64,000 bases of DNA from Candidatus Aenigmatarchaeota archaeon (GCA_016187335.1 JACPJW010000001.1:736001-800000), one strand, 5' to 3'. Numbered from the stretch's first letter, positions 45,882 through 56,253 are shown. Numbers and translations: made by a program. The notes: generated by a model from the letters alone, not told the origin.

Positions 45882-48797
45882 CTACCATCTCAGCGTTTTT
45901 TGCCACGCTTCTTTCAGCTCGTGCACAGGCAAATATGCTATATTCTTATTTCCGGAATATATCTCCAGATTGTTTCCGCCTACGTAACCGATTAATCTCG
46001 CGTTTCTTCCTAAAACAGATTCAAATCTCTGTGCGCGCTGCTCAGGAACTTCGACAACAAAACGGGAGTTCGATTCGGAAAACAGAACATAATCGTTTCT
46101 GGGAATTGCGCCTGCGATGTTGTCCAGATACACCCGCATTCCGTAACCACCGGCAAAGGCCATTTCAGCCAAAGCAACGCCAAGCCCGCCATCAGAACAA
46201 TCATGGCATGAAGCAACGTAACCCCTGCTTATTGCTTGGTTGAGCGCTCTATAGGTTTTTCTGGCTTTAGCTGCGTCCACCTTAGGAATATTGTTGCCGA
46301 TCCATGCCTCGCCTTTACGGGAGCCCATCATCGCGAAGTATTCAGACCCGCCTAATTCAGGATAAGTACCACCAACAACGTAAACCAGATTTCCAGGGCG
46401 CTTTGCATCCATTGTGACCGCTTTTCTTATGTCAGGTATTACTCCACCTGAAGAGATGAGCAATGTCGGCGGAACAGAAATTCTTATGCCGGTTTCTTTG
46501 TCAAAATAATCGTTGAACATGCTGTCCTTTCCTGAAATAAAAGGCGTGCCAAAGGCAACGGAGTAGTCATGACATGCCTTTCCCGCCCTGACAAGCTGCG
46601 CAAGCCTGTATGCGTCATCAGATGATGACCAGCAGAAATTGTCAAGCAGCCATATTCTTTCAGGAGTTGCACCAGCCGCAACAGCGTTCCTTATTGCCTC
46701 GTCAATATTAGATGCAGCCATATGATACGTGTCAACTAGTCCGTAATTGGCATTGATGCCGTGAGCAACCACCAAACCGCGGAACGACATTTTTCTCTGC
46801 ATTTCCAGCGGCCAGATAACAGCAGCGTCGCTCGGTCCGTCGTTGGCTGCGCCGGTGAAAGGCTTGACAACTGTCTGTGCCTGCACTTCATGGTCATACA
46901 TCCTCACGGTTGATTCCTTGCTTGCAATATTATGTCTTCCTAGAATTTCCAGCAATGCATAATCAATATCAGGCTCGGGAAAATCGGGCTCTTCATAACA
47001 GGGCTGTTGCCATTTTGCGCGAAGACGTTTTTTGGGAACGCCGTTATGCAGGAAATCCATCTCAAGTTTTGTCGCAAGCCTTCTGTCAAATGTAACTTCG
47101 AAATAACCGGTGTCCGTAAACTCGCCGATGACAGTTGCTTCCACTCCATACCTGCGCGCCAGCGAGCGGAACTCATCAATCTTGCTCGGATGGACAGCAA
47201 GCGTCATCCTGTTCTGCGACTCACTGAGTAATATCTCCCATGGCTTCATTCCAGCGTATTTCAGCGGCACCTTGTCTAAATAAAGTCTGGCGCCGCCGCT
47301 CTCTTTTGCCATTTCGCCTACGGAACACGACAAGCCGCCGGCGCCGTTGTCCCCTATACTTTTGTATAATCCCCTGTCACGCGCTGCAAGAAGGAAATCA
47401 AACTCGTTTTTCTGCACGATAGGCTCGTCAAGCTGCACTGCTGTTGCAGGCGATCCTTTATGCAAAGCTTCAGAAGAAAATGTTGCGCCGTGTATGCCGT
47501 CCTTCCCTGTCCTGCCGCCGACAAGAATTATTTTATTCCCCCCATCCGCTTTTTTCACATGCGTCGGTCTTCCGTTGATTTGCGCAGGCATGATTCCCTC
47601 CGAGCGGACATAAACCAGAGGCTTGCCCATGTAACTGATTATTGTTTCCTTTCCTGAAAGGGTTTCAACAACAGATCCATGCGGATAAGAATCAAACCTT
47701 ATCGAGCCGTTAACAGTCGGAATACCGCATTTGTTTCCGCCGTCACGCACGCCGCTCCTGACACCGGTGAAGGTGCGTCTTGGATGGAATATTCTGGGCG
47801 GCAGAGGTCCAGAATAATCAGGCGGCGCAAAGCAGAATATATCCGCGCGTGCGATTTCTCTTGCCCCAAGTCCTGCAGCCATTGTGTCACGTGCAACGCC
47901 GTTGACGCCTGTGATTGCCCCTCCGTAAGGGTCCAGAGCAGAAGGAGAATTATGAGTTTCGGCCTTGTCAGCCACATGAAATTCATTATCGAATTTTACT
48001 ATGCCCGCGTTGTCGCTGAACACGGAAACCAGCCAGTCCAGTCCCCGTCTTTGTAATTCATCAGTTGCGCCGCGTATGTAGGTTGCGAATAAAGAATTTA
48101 TTGTTTCTACGGCTCCGTTTTCTTCATATTCTATGACAGCGCGGAAAATGTTGTGCTTGCAGTGTTCGCTCCATGTCTGCGCTAGTGATTCTATTTCAGC
48201 ATCAGTGTAAATATCACGATGAGCCTGTATTGCTCTCATGAATTCAAGGTCGAGCGCAAGGTTTCTTTCCCTGCTTATCTGCATCAATCCTTCACCGCTT
48301 ACGCCAAGGTCTATGTATTCGATTACTGGTGCTTCTGTGAGGCGGACAACTGGAAGATAGATGCCCATGCCTTCGCGTGGAATCCACTCACTTCTTTTTT
48401 TTACATGCATGCGATGTATCAGCGGGTTGTAAAGATGATGACCGCCGGCTATACCCGCAGCTTCTTCCTCACTGACGCCTTTGACAAAATACAGCCTTGA
48501 CGTATAAACAGGATGATTTTTTCCTATAACATCAGCCATTGCAGAGCTTGCAGTATTGCCTACATTGTCGGTGACGCCCGGCCAGAATCCGATTTCTACT
48601 GCATAGTCCCAGTCAAAATCATTCCCTAAAGGCGTCAAAGAAAACCTTTGCATCACGGGGTCGGTAAAAAGTTCCCTACCAAGCTTTTGCGCTTCTGTTT
48701 CGTTTATCCCGTCTAATGTGTAAACATCCGCCGTAAGGACATCAGCATCTCTCACTCTTTTGCTCGTGGCATCAGAAACTTCTATGCGCACAGCCAT
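45882..48797 (-). CDS. purL: FGAM synthase PurL with N-terminal PurS-like extension
   Basis: WSEHCKH, AETHNSPS, GGRTGKDGIHG, DNGAGG, SESQ, HDCSDGG. Confidence 0.95.
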   Translation of the reverse strand: MAVRIEVSDATSKRVRDADVLTADVYTLDGINETEAQKLGRELFTDPVMQRFSLTPLGNDFDWDYAVEIGFWPGVTDNVGNTASSAMADVIGKNHPVYTSRLYFVKGVSEEEAAGIAGGHHLYNPLIHRMHVKKRSEWIPREGMGIYLPVVRLTEAPVIEYIDLGVSGEGLMQISRERNLALDLEFMRAIQAHRDIYTDAEIESLAQTWSEHCKHNIFRAVIEYEENGAVETINSLFATYIRGATDELQRRGLDWLVSVFSDNAGIVKFDNEFHVADKAETHNSPSALDPYGGAITGVNGVARDTMAAGLGAREIARADIFCFAPPDYSGPLPPRIFHPRRTFTGVRSGVRDGGNKCGIPTVNGSIRFDSYPHGSVVETLSGKETIISYMGKPLVYVRSEGIMPAQINGRPTHVKKADGGNKIILVGGRTGKDGIHGATFSSEALHKGSPATAVQLDEPIVQKNEFDFLLAARDRGLYKSIGDNGAGGLSCSVGEMAKESGGARLYLDKVPLKYAGMKPWEILLSESQNRMTLAVHPSKIDEFRSLARRYGVEATVIGEFTDTGYFEVTFDRRLATKLEMDFLHNGVPKKRLRAKWQQPCYEEPDFPEPDIDYALLEILGRHNIASKESTVRMYDHEVQAQTVVKPFTGAANDGPSDAAVIWPLEMQRKMSFRGLVVAHGINANYGLVDTYHMAASNIDEAIRNAVAAGATPERIWLLDNFCWSSSDDAYRLAQLVRAGKACHDYSVAFGTPFISGKDSMFNDYFDKETGIRISVPPTLLISSGGVIPDIRKAVTMDAKRPGNLVYVVGGTYPELGGSEYFAMMGSRKGEAWIGNNIPKVDAAKARKTYRALNQAISRGYVASCHDCSDGGLGVALAEMAFAGGYGMRVYLDNIAGAIPRNDYVLFSESNSRFVVEVPEQRAQRFESVLGRNARLIGYVGGNNLEIYSGNKNIAYLPVHELKEAWQKTLRW

Positions 48798-48858
48798 TGC
48801 GTAAACTAACCCGCAAAAATATAAAAGCAGAACCAGTAAAGCGTTTAGTTTATTTTGT

Positions 48859-49752
48859 TTAAATAGAAGACGTTAAGACTCCTTCCATCGAATATCCGCC
48901 GTAAGGAAGTTCTCTCCACACTTTGTCTTCCTGAAGCATGAATACTGTTGAATCGTCGACTGCAATGCGCCCCGAAGCTACTAATTCCATGGCTTTCACA
49001 AAAGCCGGACCGTCGCAGTTCCACTTCATCCATTCCTGCAATTCCGGAGCCTTTTCAGGACCTACATCAGCAATAACTGGAGGCGACCTCACTATTATCG
49101 ATCCTTCATCAACATTCCTTGTTGCTATATGTATCGAAGACCTCAGCAATATTTCGTTTGCCAAAAGCGCATCGCGTACTGCGTCAGCACCCTTGAATTT
49201 CCTTTGAAGGTTGTCTGCCGCTCTTAATGTTGCAACATCTTTTGTTTTCATATCGCCGGCATTTATTCTTTTCACATATTGTCCGGACAAAACAGCAAGG
49301 TCAGCGGGGTGGACGTTAAATACGTGGTTGTCATACAATCCTGATCCCCACTCTCTGCCGTTTTTATCGGTTTCTCTTACGAAAGGATATCTGAGAATCT
49401 TCATCAGGCCTGAAAGAACCACAAAATCCGGGTCGAAGCGCCCTTCTATAAGATCTAAAACATAACCCCAATAACCATATTTCGAATATTGATTTTTCGG
49501 ATCTAGTCCATGTTCAGCAAAATATTCTTCAGGCTCCTGGAACCTGACAACCGGCATGTGAGGTTTTAAATGTTCTATGCCGCTAGCTTCGGGATTGTGG
49601 GTCGCTGCAACTACAAACTGGTAAAGCTTGCCGTGGTTAGGGTCGTTGAGCATATATCTTATCGAGCTCGCCCCGCCGCTGAACAGCCCGGCAACGTACA
49701 TCGGCCTTTGGAGTTTCTGCGCAGGAAAAATAGGTTGCATTTCTTTTTGCAT
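48859..49752 (-). CDS. GAR formyltransferase-like (PurN family), divergent
   Basis: LFSGGASS, VVLSGLMKI, FNVHPADL, IHIAT..VDEG.I; adjacent to purL and purD. Confidence 0.7.
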   Translation of the reverse strand: MQKEMQPIFPAQKLQRPMYVAGLFSGGASSIRYMLNDPNHGKLYQFVVAATHNPEASGIEHLKPHMPVVRFQEPEEYFAEHGLDPKNQYSKYGYWGYVLDLIEGRFDPDFVVLSGLMKILRYPFVRETDKNGREWGSGLYDNHVFNVHPADLAVLSGQYVKRINAGDMKTKDVATLRAADNLQRKFKGADAVRDALLANEILLRSSIHIATRNVDEGSIIVRSPPVIADVGPEKAPELQEWMKWNCDGPAFVKAMELVASGRIAVDDSTVFMLQEDKVWRELPYGGYSMEGVLTSSI

Positions 49753-49879
49753 TTTTTTGTTATCACTAATGTCTTTTTAAGATTAAGAAATTGCGGCGAA
49801 GCGTAATTTATCTGTAATTGAAAAGTGATTTGTCGAATCCCGAAAGAAGCGTAAAAAAGGTTTCTGTGAAAATGATAGC

Positions 49880-51247
49880 ATGAACGTTCTTGTTGTGGGT
49901 TCCGGCGGGCGCGAGCATTCTATTGTTTGGAAGCTTCTGCAGGAGCTTGGAAAATCCGATACAATTTACGTTGCCCCAGGAAACGGAGGAACAAAGATCT
50001 TAGGAATGGACTTGAACAGGGCTCGCTTAGGAACGGATTTGGACAAAGCTTGCGTCGTTAATGTCCCTATAAAATCCGATGACCTGAAACATCTGACTTA
50101 CTTTGCCAGGAATAATGACGTGGACTTGACCATCGTCGGGCCTGAAGCGCCCCTCGCCGCGGGAATTGTTGACGCTTTTAGTTATCAGGGGCTGAACATA
50201 TTCGGTCCTACAAAAATCGAGGCGAGGATAGAGTCAAGCAAGTCTTCTACGATGAGGTTGGCTTCGAGACTCAAAGTCCCTATACCGGAATACATGGTTG
50301 CTGAAGACCGCGATATTGCAATGAGATGCGGCAGATACTTTCTTCAAACCGGGAATCAGAGAGGCGTGGTAAAAGCTGACGGCCTTGCTGCCGGGAAGGG
50401 CGTCAAAGTTTATTCATCATTTGAAGAATTGGAAAAAGCTGTTAATGAAATGATGCGCGACGAGGTTTTCGGTTCAGCAGGCAAGAAAGTCATTCTCCAG
50501 CGGTTTCTTGAAGGCGAGGAAGCGTCTTTCATCGTCTGGACCGACGGCAAAAGCGTGGTGCCGCTTATCCCGACGCAGGACCACAAGCGCGCTTATGACG
50601 GCGACAAGGGACCTAACACAGGCGGAATGGGCGCTTACACTCGGCCGAATGCAACGCGCGGTCTGGAACAAAAAATAATGCGCGAAATAATTCATCCTGT
50701 GGTAGAAACGCTTCCTAATTACAGGGGAATCCTTTACGCCGGCTTGATGGTTGTAAACGGACAGCCTTATCTCCTTGAATTCAACTGTCGTTACGGCGAC
50801 CCTGAGACGCAGGCAGTCATGCCTTTGCTGAAATCATCGCTTCTCGACATAACAAATGCGTGCATTGACGGCAGGCTTGATCAGGCAAAAATAGAGTGGC
50901 ATCCCGATGAAGCGCTCTGTGTTGTCCTTGCGACAAAAGGCTATCCTGATGATTACAGTGACAATAAAGGAAAAGAAGTTTACGTTCCGGAAAGGCTTCC
51001 GGACAACACAATTGTATATCACGCAGGAACTGCGCTCAAAGACGGCAAACTGGTCAACTCAGGCGGCAGAGTCCTGAACGTTGTTGGAAAAGGAAAAAAT
51101 CTCCCGGTGGCGTACACCAACGCTTACCGTGTCATCGGTCATGACGGCGTCCATTTTGATAACATGCATTTCAGGAAAGATATCGGGTGGAGAACGTTAG
51201 GTAATGATTTTATGGAATCAGTAGGTGTTAGCAAATTCATTTCCTGA
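49880..51247 (+). CDS. purD: phosphoribosylamine-glycine ligase
   Basis: VGSGGREH, KADGLAAGKGV, QDHKR, GPNTGGMG, EFNCRYGDPE. Confidence 0.96.
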   Translation: MNVLVVGSGGREHSIVWKLLQELGKSDTIYVAPGNGGTKILGMDLNRARLGTDLDKACVVNVPIKSDDLKHLTYFARNNDVDLTIVGPEAPLAAGIVDAFSYQGLNIFGPTKIEARIESSKSSTMRLASRLKVPIPEYMVAEDRDIAMRCGRYFLQTGNQRGVVKADGLAAGKGVKVYSSFEELEKAVNEMMRDEVFGSAGKKVILQRFLEGEEASFIVWTDGKSVVPLIPTQDHKRAYDGDKGPNTGGMGAYTRPNATRGLEQKIMREIIHPVVETLPNYRGILYAGLMVVNGQPYLLEFNCRYGDPETQAVMPLLKSSLLDITNACIDGRLDQAKIEWHPDEALCVVLATKGYPDDYSDNKGKEVYVPERLPDNTIVYHAGTALKDGKLVNSGGRVLNVVGKGKNLPVAYTNAYRVIGHDGVHFDNMHFRKDIGWRTLGNDFMESVGVSKFIS

Positions 51248-51251
51248 AATT

Positions 51252-51470
51252 TTATTCTGGCAGATAATTACGTTCTTTCAAGTCAAGCCTCAAATATTCG
51301 CCATCCGAAGTCTGGTAGTAAATTATCGGCTTGTTTTTTAATGCTTCTTCGATTATCCTTCGTGGAAGTTCTTCTCTTATCCGTCTGACCGCCAAATCTG
51401 GCAATTCGCTGCAGCCGGATAAAGACAACGATGCGGCAGTGAGCATCATAAGATAAGCCATTTTTCGCAT
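51252..51470 (-). CDS. small lipoprotein
   Basis: Lipobox LSGC. Confidence 0.55.
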   Translation of the reverse strand: MRKMAYLMMLTAASLSLSGCSELPDLAVRRIREELPRRIIEEALKNKPIIYYQTSDGEYLRLDLKERNYLPE

Positions 51471-51548
51471 TCTGAATCAGAATAATTAAGCAGAAAAACT
51501 TTTTACTCTTTCAGGGTTTTATGTATAAAAGCTTTTCTCACGTAAAAT

Positions 51549-52610
51549 ATGTCAATGGCTCTAGAAAAATTAGAGGGCGCAATGACAGCGCTCGTGACGC
51601 CGCTTTCTTATTCTGATACCCGCGCCGTTCACGTTGATTACGACGGTCTTGAGAAGCTTGTACATTTTCAGGTGGAAAACGGAATTCACGGAGTCGTTGC
51701 GTTGGGAACGACCGGACAGGGCCCTCTTCTGGCTGATATAGATGTTGATTTATGGAAAGAAGTTGCCAGATTGGTCGAAGATGGTGTTAGTGAAAGAGTT
51801 CCGCTAGTTATAGGCTGTGGCAGCGTTCCTACAATCAAAGCGGTAAAGCTTACCCATTATGCAAGTGAACTAGATGTTGATGCAACACTTCATGACACTG
51901 GCTATAAAATAAAAACTTCACCACAAGGCTTTTTTGAATACTTCAGAACCGTGGCTGGCGTAAATCCAAACATGCAAGTGATCGTCTACGATGTCCGTAG
52001 TAGAGGTCATCCGCCGATAAAACCGGAGACGCGCATCAGGATTGCAAAAGAAGTGCCGAACGCACGCATCATAAAAGATGCGTCCGGGTCCGAGGAGGAC
52101 TGGGTCGAGACAAGACGGCTGGCGGACGAAGCAGGTTTTGACGAGCATACTTACAAAATATTGTCAGGCGACGATCCTGCGACACAGAGAATGTGGACGG
52201 ACCCAAGGATAAGGGCTCGCGGCGTTATTTCTGTCTGGTCTAATATGCTGCCGCATGTTTATGCTATGCAGAATGAATTGCTGGATAAAGGAAGATATGA
52301 AGAAGCAGGGCGCATTGATGAAGATCTATCAGGGATTAACGGGATTGTAGGTATGACGGTCAACGGCCAGAATTACAGCAACCCCCAGGTTGTTCAGCAC
52401 GCCCTTTACATGATGGGAATGATAAAACAACCTTGGCTTGTTCACCCGCTTTTGGTTCTTCCTAAAGAAGGAAGGGATGAATTAGGCAGAAGACTTGCAA
52501 AACTTTATGCAAAAAGGTCTGACTGGTTCGGACCTATAGAAAGTGCTTTTGGAGTCCGCACCACTGACAAATTAGGCACATATCTCAAGCAGGTCGAAAC
52601 GACTCTTTGA
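51549..52610 (+). CDS. DapA/DHDPS-family aldolase
   Basis: AMTALVTP, LGTTG, VYDVRSR, IKDASG (Schiff-base Lys), LSGDD. Confidence 0.85.
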   Translation: MSMALEKLEGAMTALVTPLSYSDTRAVHVDYDGLEKLVHFQVENGIHGVVALGTTGQGPLLADIDVDLWKEVARLVEDGVSERVPLVIGCGSVPTIKAVKLTHYASELDVDATLHDTGYKIKTSPQGFFEYFRTVAGVNPNMQVIVYDVRSRGHPPIKPETRIRIAKEVPNARIIKDASGSEEDWVETRRLADEAGFDEHTYKILSGDDPATQRMWTDPRIRARGVISVWSNMLPHVYAMQNELLDKGRYEEAGRIDEDLSGINGIVGMTVNGQNYSNPQVVQHALYMMGMIKQPWLVHPLLVLPKEGRDELGRRLAKLYAKRSDWFGPIESAFGVRTTDKLGTYLKQVETTL

Positions 52611-52625
52611 TTCTATCATTTTTCT

Positions 52626-53681
52626 TCACAGCAGCGATTCCGAGTTCAAGGGATACGCCGTTGTCGCACGGATGTCTTTTGTGCCCAGCACGAACTGCGT
52701 GATGCGGTTCAGGCCGATGCCGCATCCCGAGTGCTGGACAGGATTTTCCCTGATGAGGTCGAGATACCACTCAAAGTCGCGGATGTCCTTTCCTCTTGCC
52801 TTGAGCTTTTTGTACATCTCCGATTTCAACAATTTCTCACGTAGAATTTCATGGTTCCATTCCCTTTCGGCGGAGCCCACGGCTTCTCCGCTGTTGGGCA
52901 GAATAAGGTCAGAGCTGTTCACTACCTTGGGATTGTTTTCGTTCCTTTTCATGTTGAAGAATTTTATTTCCTCAGGATAGTGCGTTATGAACGTCGGAAT
53001 GCCGTCCTGGACGATTAACGCTTCGTGGCTGCTTTTCAGGTCGTCGCCCCACTCAACGCTGACGCCGTTTTCGTTGAGCAGTCCAATGGCTTCCGCATAG
53101 GTTACGCGGCGGAAAGGCAGGCTTATTTTTCTCAGGCTATTCACGTCGACGCCCAAGAACTGCAGCTCATGCTTCCTGTAATGCACTGCGCGCTGTATCA
53201 TTGAGTGAACGGTGTTTTCTATATGGACAAGAAGTTCGTCAAAACCGCCGGGAAACTCGAATTCAACAAGAGAAAATTCGGCAAGGTGCCTTGCGTCCGC
53301 CGCCGGCTCTGCGCGGAAGCTCGGGCCGATGCAGAACACGTTGCCCAGAGAAGGTATCAGAGCCTCAAGGTAAAGCTGGCCCGTCTGCACAAGATACGCT
53401 TCCTCGCCGAAATAATCCAGCCCGAAAAGCGTGTCTATGTTCTCGCAGCTGCCTGTTATCCGGGTTATGTGCGGAACAATCACTTCCGTGAAGCCGTGCG
53501 CGTCAAAATACTGCCTTGCGCCTTTCAGCAGCTCGGCTTCAATGCTCACCACTGCTGCCAGCTCTGCTGACGTCAGGACTGCAGAGCGGTTTTTTGTCTG
53601 GTTCAGCTTTTCCATGTTTCCGCTTTCAAGAAAAGTGAACGTGGACTTGTCTAGTCTTGCTTCTTCAATAATATTTTCCAT
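52626..53681 (-). CDS. archaeal asparagine synthetase / AsnRS catalytic-core paralog (no anticodon domain)
   Basis: YLVQTGQLYLE, FRAEP, RHLAEF, EAVGSAERE, GCGIGLNR; no N-terminal OB fold. Confidence 0.8.
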   Translation of the reverse strand: MENIIEEARLDKSTFTFLESGNMEKLNQTKNRSAVLTSAELAAVVSIEAELLKGARQYFDAHGFTEVIVPHITRITGSCENIDTLFGLDYFGEEAYLVQTGQLYLEALIPSLGNVFCIGPSFRAEPAADARHLAEFSLVEFEFPGGFDELLVHIENTVHSMIQRAVHYRKHELQFLGVDVNSLRKISLPFRRVTYAEAIGLLNENGVSVEWGDDLKSSHEALIVQDGIPTFITHYPEEIKFFNMKRNENNPKVVNSSDLILPNSGEAVGSAEREWNHEILREKLLKSEMYKKLKARGKDIRDFEWYLDLIRENPVQHSGCGIGLNRITQFVLGTKDIRATTAYPLNSESLL

Positions 53682-53696
53682 TTGAAAACCTCCAAG

Positions 53697-53725
53697 CAAC
53701 TTTTTCACAAAAAGTTGCATCAAAA
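53697..53725 (+). repeat. palindromic element copy
   Basis: CAACTTTTTCACAAAAAGTTGCATCAAAA. Confidence 0.75.
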
Positions 53726-53808
53726 ATTTCTGGAGGGAGAATCAGACCCTCTCTTACATTGTCCGGGCGGCTTTATAAAGATTTTTGGTTTTCTTCTAAC
53801 CGGTCGAT

Positions 53809-54213
53809 ATGGCACCAAAGCTGATGCGCTACGTTGCGGCAGGAGTTGCTTTTGCATTTCTAGCCGGATTTGGAGCCGGTTATAAATTCACAGACACCAG
53901 ACGCAGGGCTGAAATAGAGAACTTGACCCACGACCTTCAGATGCGGGAATACCTTTTCCGTGAAGCAGAAGAAAGGGCCAATAAGCTCAGCAATAGCATT
54001 CTTCCTGCGCGCTTCGTTGAGGCAAAGACACAACTCCCTAAAGAAGAAATTCTTAGGAGGGTTGAGAAGTACAACAGGGAAGACCCGGAATACTCCTTAT
54101 CAGCATTTTTCTACGGCAGTACTCTTGGTGGTTTTTTTGTTGTACCAAAAGAGCCCGGGGTTGGGTATCAGAAAAAAAGAATTGAAGAAGATACTAAAAA
54201 ACTTTCAAGATAA
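53809..54213 (+). CDS. membrane-anchored hypothetical protein
   Basis: N-terminal TM segment plus coiled segment. Confidence 0.6.
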   Translation: MAPKLMRYVAAGVAFAFLAGFGAGYKFTDTRRRAEIENLTHDLQMREYLFREAEERANKLSNSILPARFVEAKTQLPKEEILRRVEKYNREDPEYSLSAFFYGSTLGGFFVVPKEPGVGYQKKRIEEDTKKLSR

Positions 54214-54217
54214 GGAA

Positions 54218-55396
54218 TTATTTCAGAAAGGCAGTCAGCTTCTTCTGTGTGAACATGTTCCTGAGCATCGTGCTTCTCCTGATCCATGTCTGCATCTTTA
54301 TGCGCATGCGGCTGTTTATGTGGTTCAGCGCCGAAAGCATGCTGTCGAATATTGTTGGTTTCTGCTGCAAAGCATCGCGCATACATTGTCTCACGTTCCA
54401 AACACCGAGAGGCACATAGCCCTCGTAGCATTCCCTGAACACAACCGCGCCTGCCTGTCTTCTCTCCTCAGCAAGCTTCTCCGCTATGGCAAAGCGCGCG
54501 GAATAGTAGCATCCTCCGATCTGCGCATAGCCGCGCTTGCCGCTGTGCGGCTCCCAGTCGCCGAAGATTTCCAGTTTATCGCCGATTATCTGGGGAAAGA
54601 ACGCCTCCATGGTCTCGTACTGCCAGTGCGTCGGCGCCAGCAATATCATGAACTTGTTCTGCAGGTGCTCTGTTTCATAAACGCGGTATTCATTTATCGT
54701 TGGCTGCTGCTTAACGTCTTCCAGCAGATGCAAGCCAAGCATGTCATCAACAGCAGTGATGGACCAGCGCGTCGGCACGAGCTTCCTGTTTTCTTCCAGT
54801 CCGAAAGCGCCCGTGCTGAAGGCTTTCTGGATCGCGGAGAAGAAAACGCCCTTTTCATATAGCGTTATGACAGCGTCCCTTGAAAGCAGGTCGGTATCAT
54901 AATAAGCCTTTTCCATATGCGGCACGAACTTTGCCGCATCAACCTTCATTTCCTTGAGCGGTGCGCTGGGGCCAAAAGGCTGCATTTCTTCGTGGACAAA
55001 CCTGCCGCGCGGCTTCTTCTTGAACTGCGCATCAATCTCAACGGATTTTTTGGCTAAAGCAATCTCCTGCAGAAGCGAAATCATTCTGCTTCTGTCCTTG
55101 ATGTTCACAGGCTCCTTGCCGCGGATCAGCGTGAGGCGAAAATCTATGATTTCTCCTTGCGTCTTATTTCCTATCCATCGCTCGGGCGTGTCCATTATGG
55201 CCGTGTCGCCCTGCATTGGCGGGACAAGGGGGCCCACATGAACGCGGGGGTATCCCTCGCGGCCAATAAAGACAGAAGGAGGGCTTGAGCCTTCTATGTG
55301 ATCGCTCGGCACAGTAATTGTCCTGAAAGGAAACCTGTAATACAAGCGCTCCAGATAACGCAGCTTGCCCTTGAACATAAAACCACACGCCATCAT
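54218..55396 (-). CDS. nreA: archaeal DNA repair protein Nre
   Basis: GSSPPSVFIGREGYP, PTRWSITAVD, GGCYY, PLGVW.VR, C-terminal PIP box QKKLTAF. Confidence 0.92.
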   Translation of the reverse strand: MMACGFMFKGKLRYLERLYYRFPFRTITVPSDHIEGSSPPSVFIGREGYPRVHVGPLVPPMQGDTAIMDTPERWIGNKTQGEIIDFRLTLIRGKEPVNIKDRSRMISLLQEIALAKKSVEIDAQFKKKPRGRFVHEEMQPFGPSAPLKEMKVDAAKFVPHMEKAYYDTDLLSRDAVITLYEKGVFFSAIQKAFSTGAFGLEENRKLVPTRWSITAVDDMLGLHLLEDVKQQPTINEYRVYETEHLQNKFMILLAPTHWQYETMEAFFPQIIGDKLEIFGDWEPHSGKRGYAQIGGCYYSARFAIAEKLAEERRQAGAVVFRECYEGYVPLGVWNVRQCMRDALQQKPTIFDSMLSALNHINSRMRIKMQTWIRRSTMLRNMFTQKKLTAFLK

Positions 55397-55530
55397 AAAT
55401 TATGGCGCGGGAGTTTATTAGGATTTATGAAGAGAAGAAGATATACCATACCTAAGCGTGAAGTGATTCAATGCAGTTCCGTGCAAACCATTCCCAGAAA
55501 GGCTACCCTTCTAAAAAAGGCGCCGCAAGG

Positions 55531-55872
55531 ATGACACTGGCGTCGCACGCGAAAAAGTTGCACAACATAGCGCTTTACCGTCCCTCCGGCAAAGAAGATA
55601 TCAGGGAAGCTGCGGCGCTCCGGGACTTAATCAAGCAGTATGGAGGATTTGTCCGATATGTCGGCGACCTCAGATACCATAAGCCCAAGCTCCGAAGCCT
55701 TGCCGAGATAGGCATTTCAATCGGCAGAAGTCAGCATTATTTTGCCGGGCTTTCCAGGGCGGGCGTGTATCCGCTTACAGAAGATATTTGCAAGATCGCC
55801 GACTCTCTCGGAATGAGCATGCGGGATTTCTCGGAAGGATACAGGTCGGCTTGTTGCAAGAAAACGGCTTAA
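55531..55872 (+). CDS. hypothetical protein
   Basis: ATG 55531; no recognised motif. Confidence 0.5.
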   Translation: MTLASHAKKLHNIALYRPSGKEDIREAAALRDLIKQYGGFVRYVGDLRYHKPKLRSLAEIGISIGRSQHYFAGLSRAGVYPLTEDICKIADSLGMSMRDFSEGYRSACCKKTA

Positions 55873-55878
55873 CTGCTA

Positions 55879-56051
55879 CGCTACAAAAAAGGCAAGTTCT
55901 TTTCCAGAGGCAAGTTAGCCAACTCCATTGGCTATGCGACCTTTGACGTAATCGAACGTTATGTGAGAAATCAGGAGAAACATCATCAGATTTCTTTGCA
56001 TTCTTTCTAAATCACAGGGAGATGCGGGCTTTAGCCCGCAGAGGAAGTCAC
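55879..56051 (+). mobile_element. IS200/IS605 remnant: 3' fragment of Y1 transposase tnpA plus right-end hairpin
   Basis: RYKKGKFFSRGKLANSIGYATFDVIERYVRNQ, then TGCGGGC-TTTA-GCCCGCA-GAGGAAGTCAC. Confidence 0.8.
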
Positions 56052-56052
56052 A

Positions 56053-56253
56053 TTAATGATTTTTTGGATAATTACCAATACGATTTCGTTTAAATCGTAT
56101 TGACGCTGCGGAACCCCCGAAACTTGGCCATTTAAGGGTGTATGGCGGCGATGTAGAATCATAATCCCCGTCGAATAGACCTTTATAAGGTCCGTCCTCT
56201 TCCAGGCGGCTTGTTAAAACCAAATTTCTGCGTAGCATGGTGTCACCAAACAT
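56053..56253 (-). CDS. hypothetical protein, possibly truncated at the IS end
   Basis: 66 aa ORF ending beside the IS200 right end. Confidence 0.3.
   Translation of the reverse strand: MFGDTMLRRNLVLTSRLEEDGPYKGLFDGDYDSTSPPYTLKWPSFGGSAASIRFKRNRIGNYPKNH

Noticed and set aside
47625-47690. ~17-aa insertion in PurL with a small hairpin as a second mRNA intron
   Set aside because: In frame, no stop, and no convincing bulge-helix-bulge; more simply a loop insertion.
53960-54862. 300-aa plus-strand ORF
   Set aside because: Antisense shadow of nre with no motifs; the same applies to 2073-2804, 37737-38699 and most other overlapping ORF-track entries.
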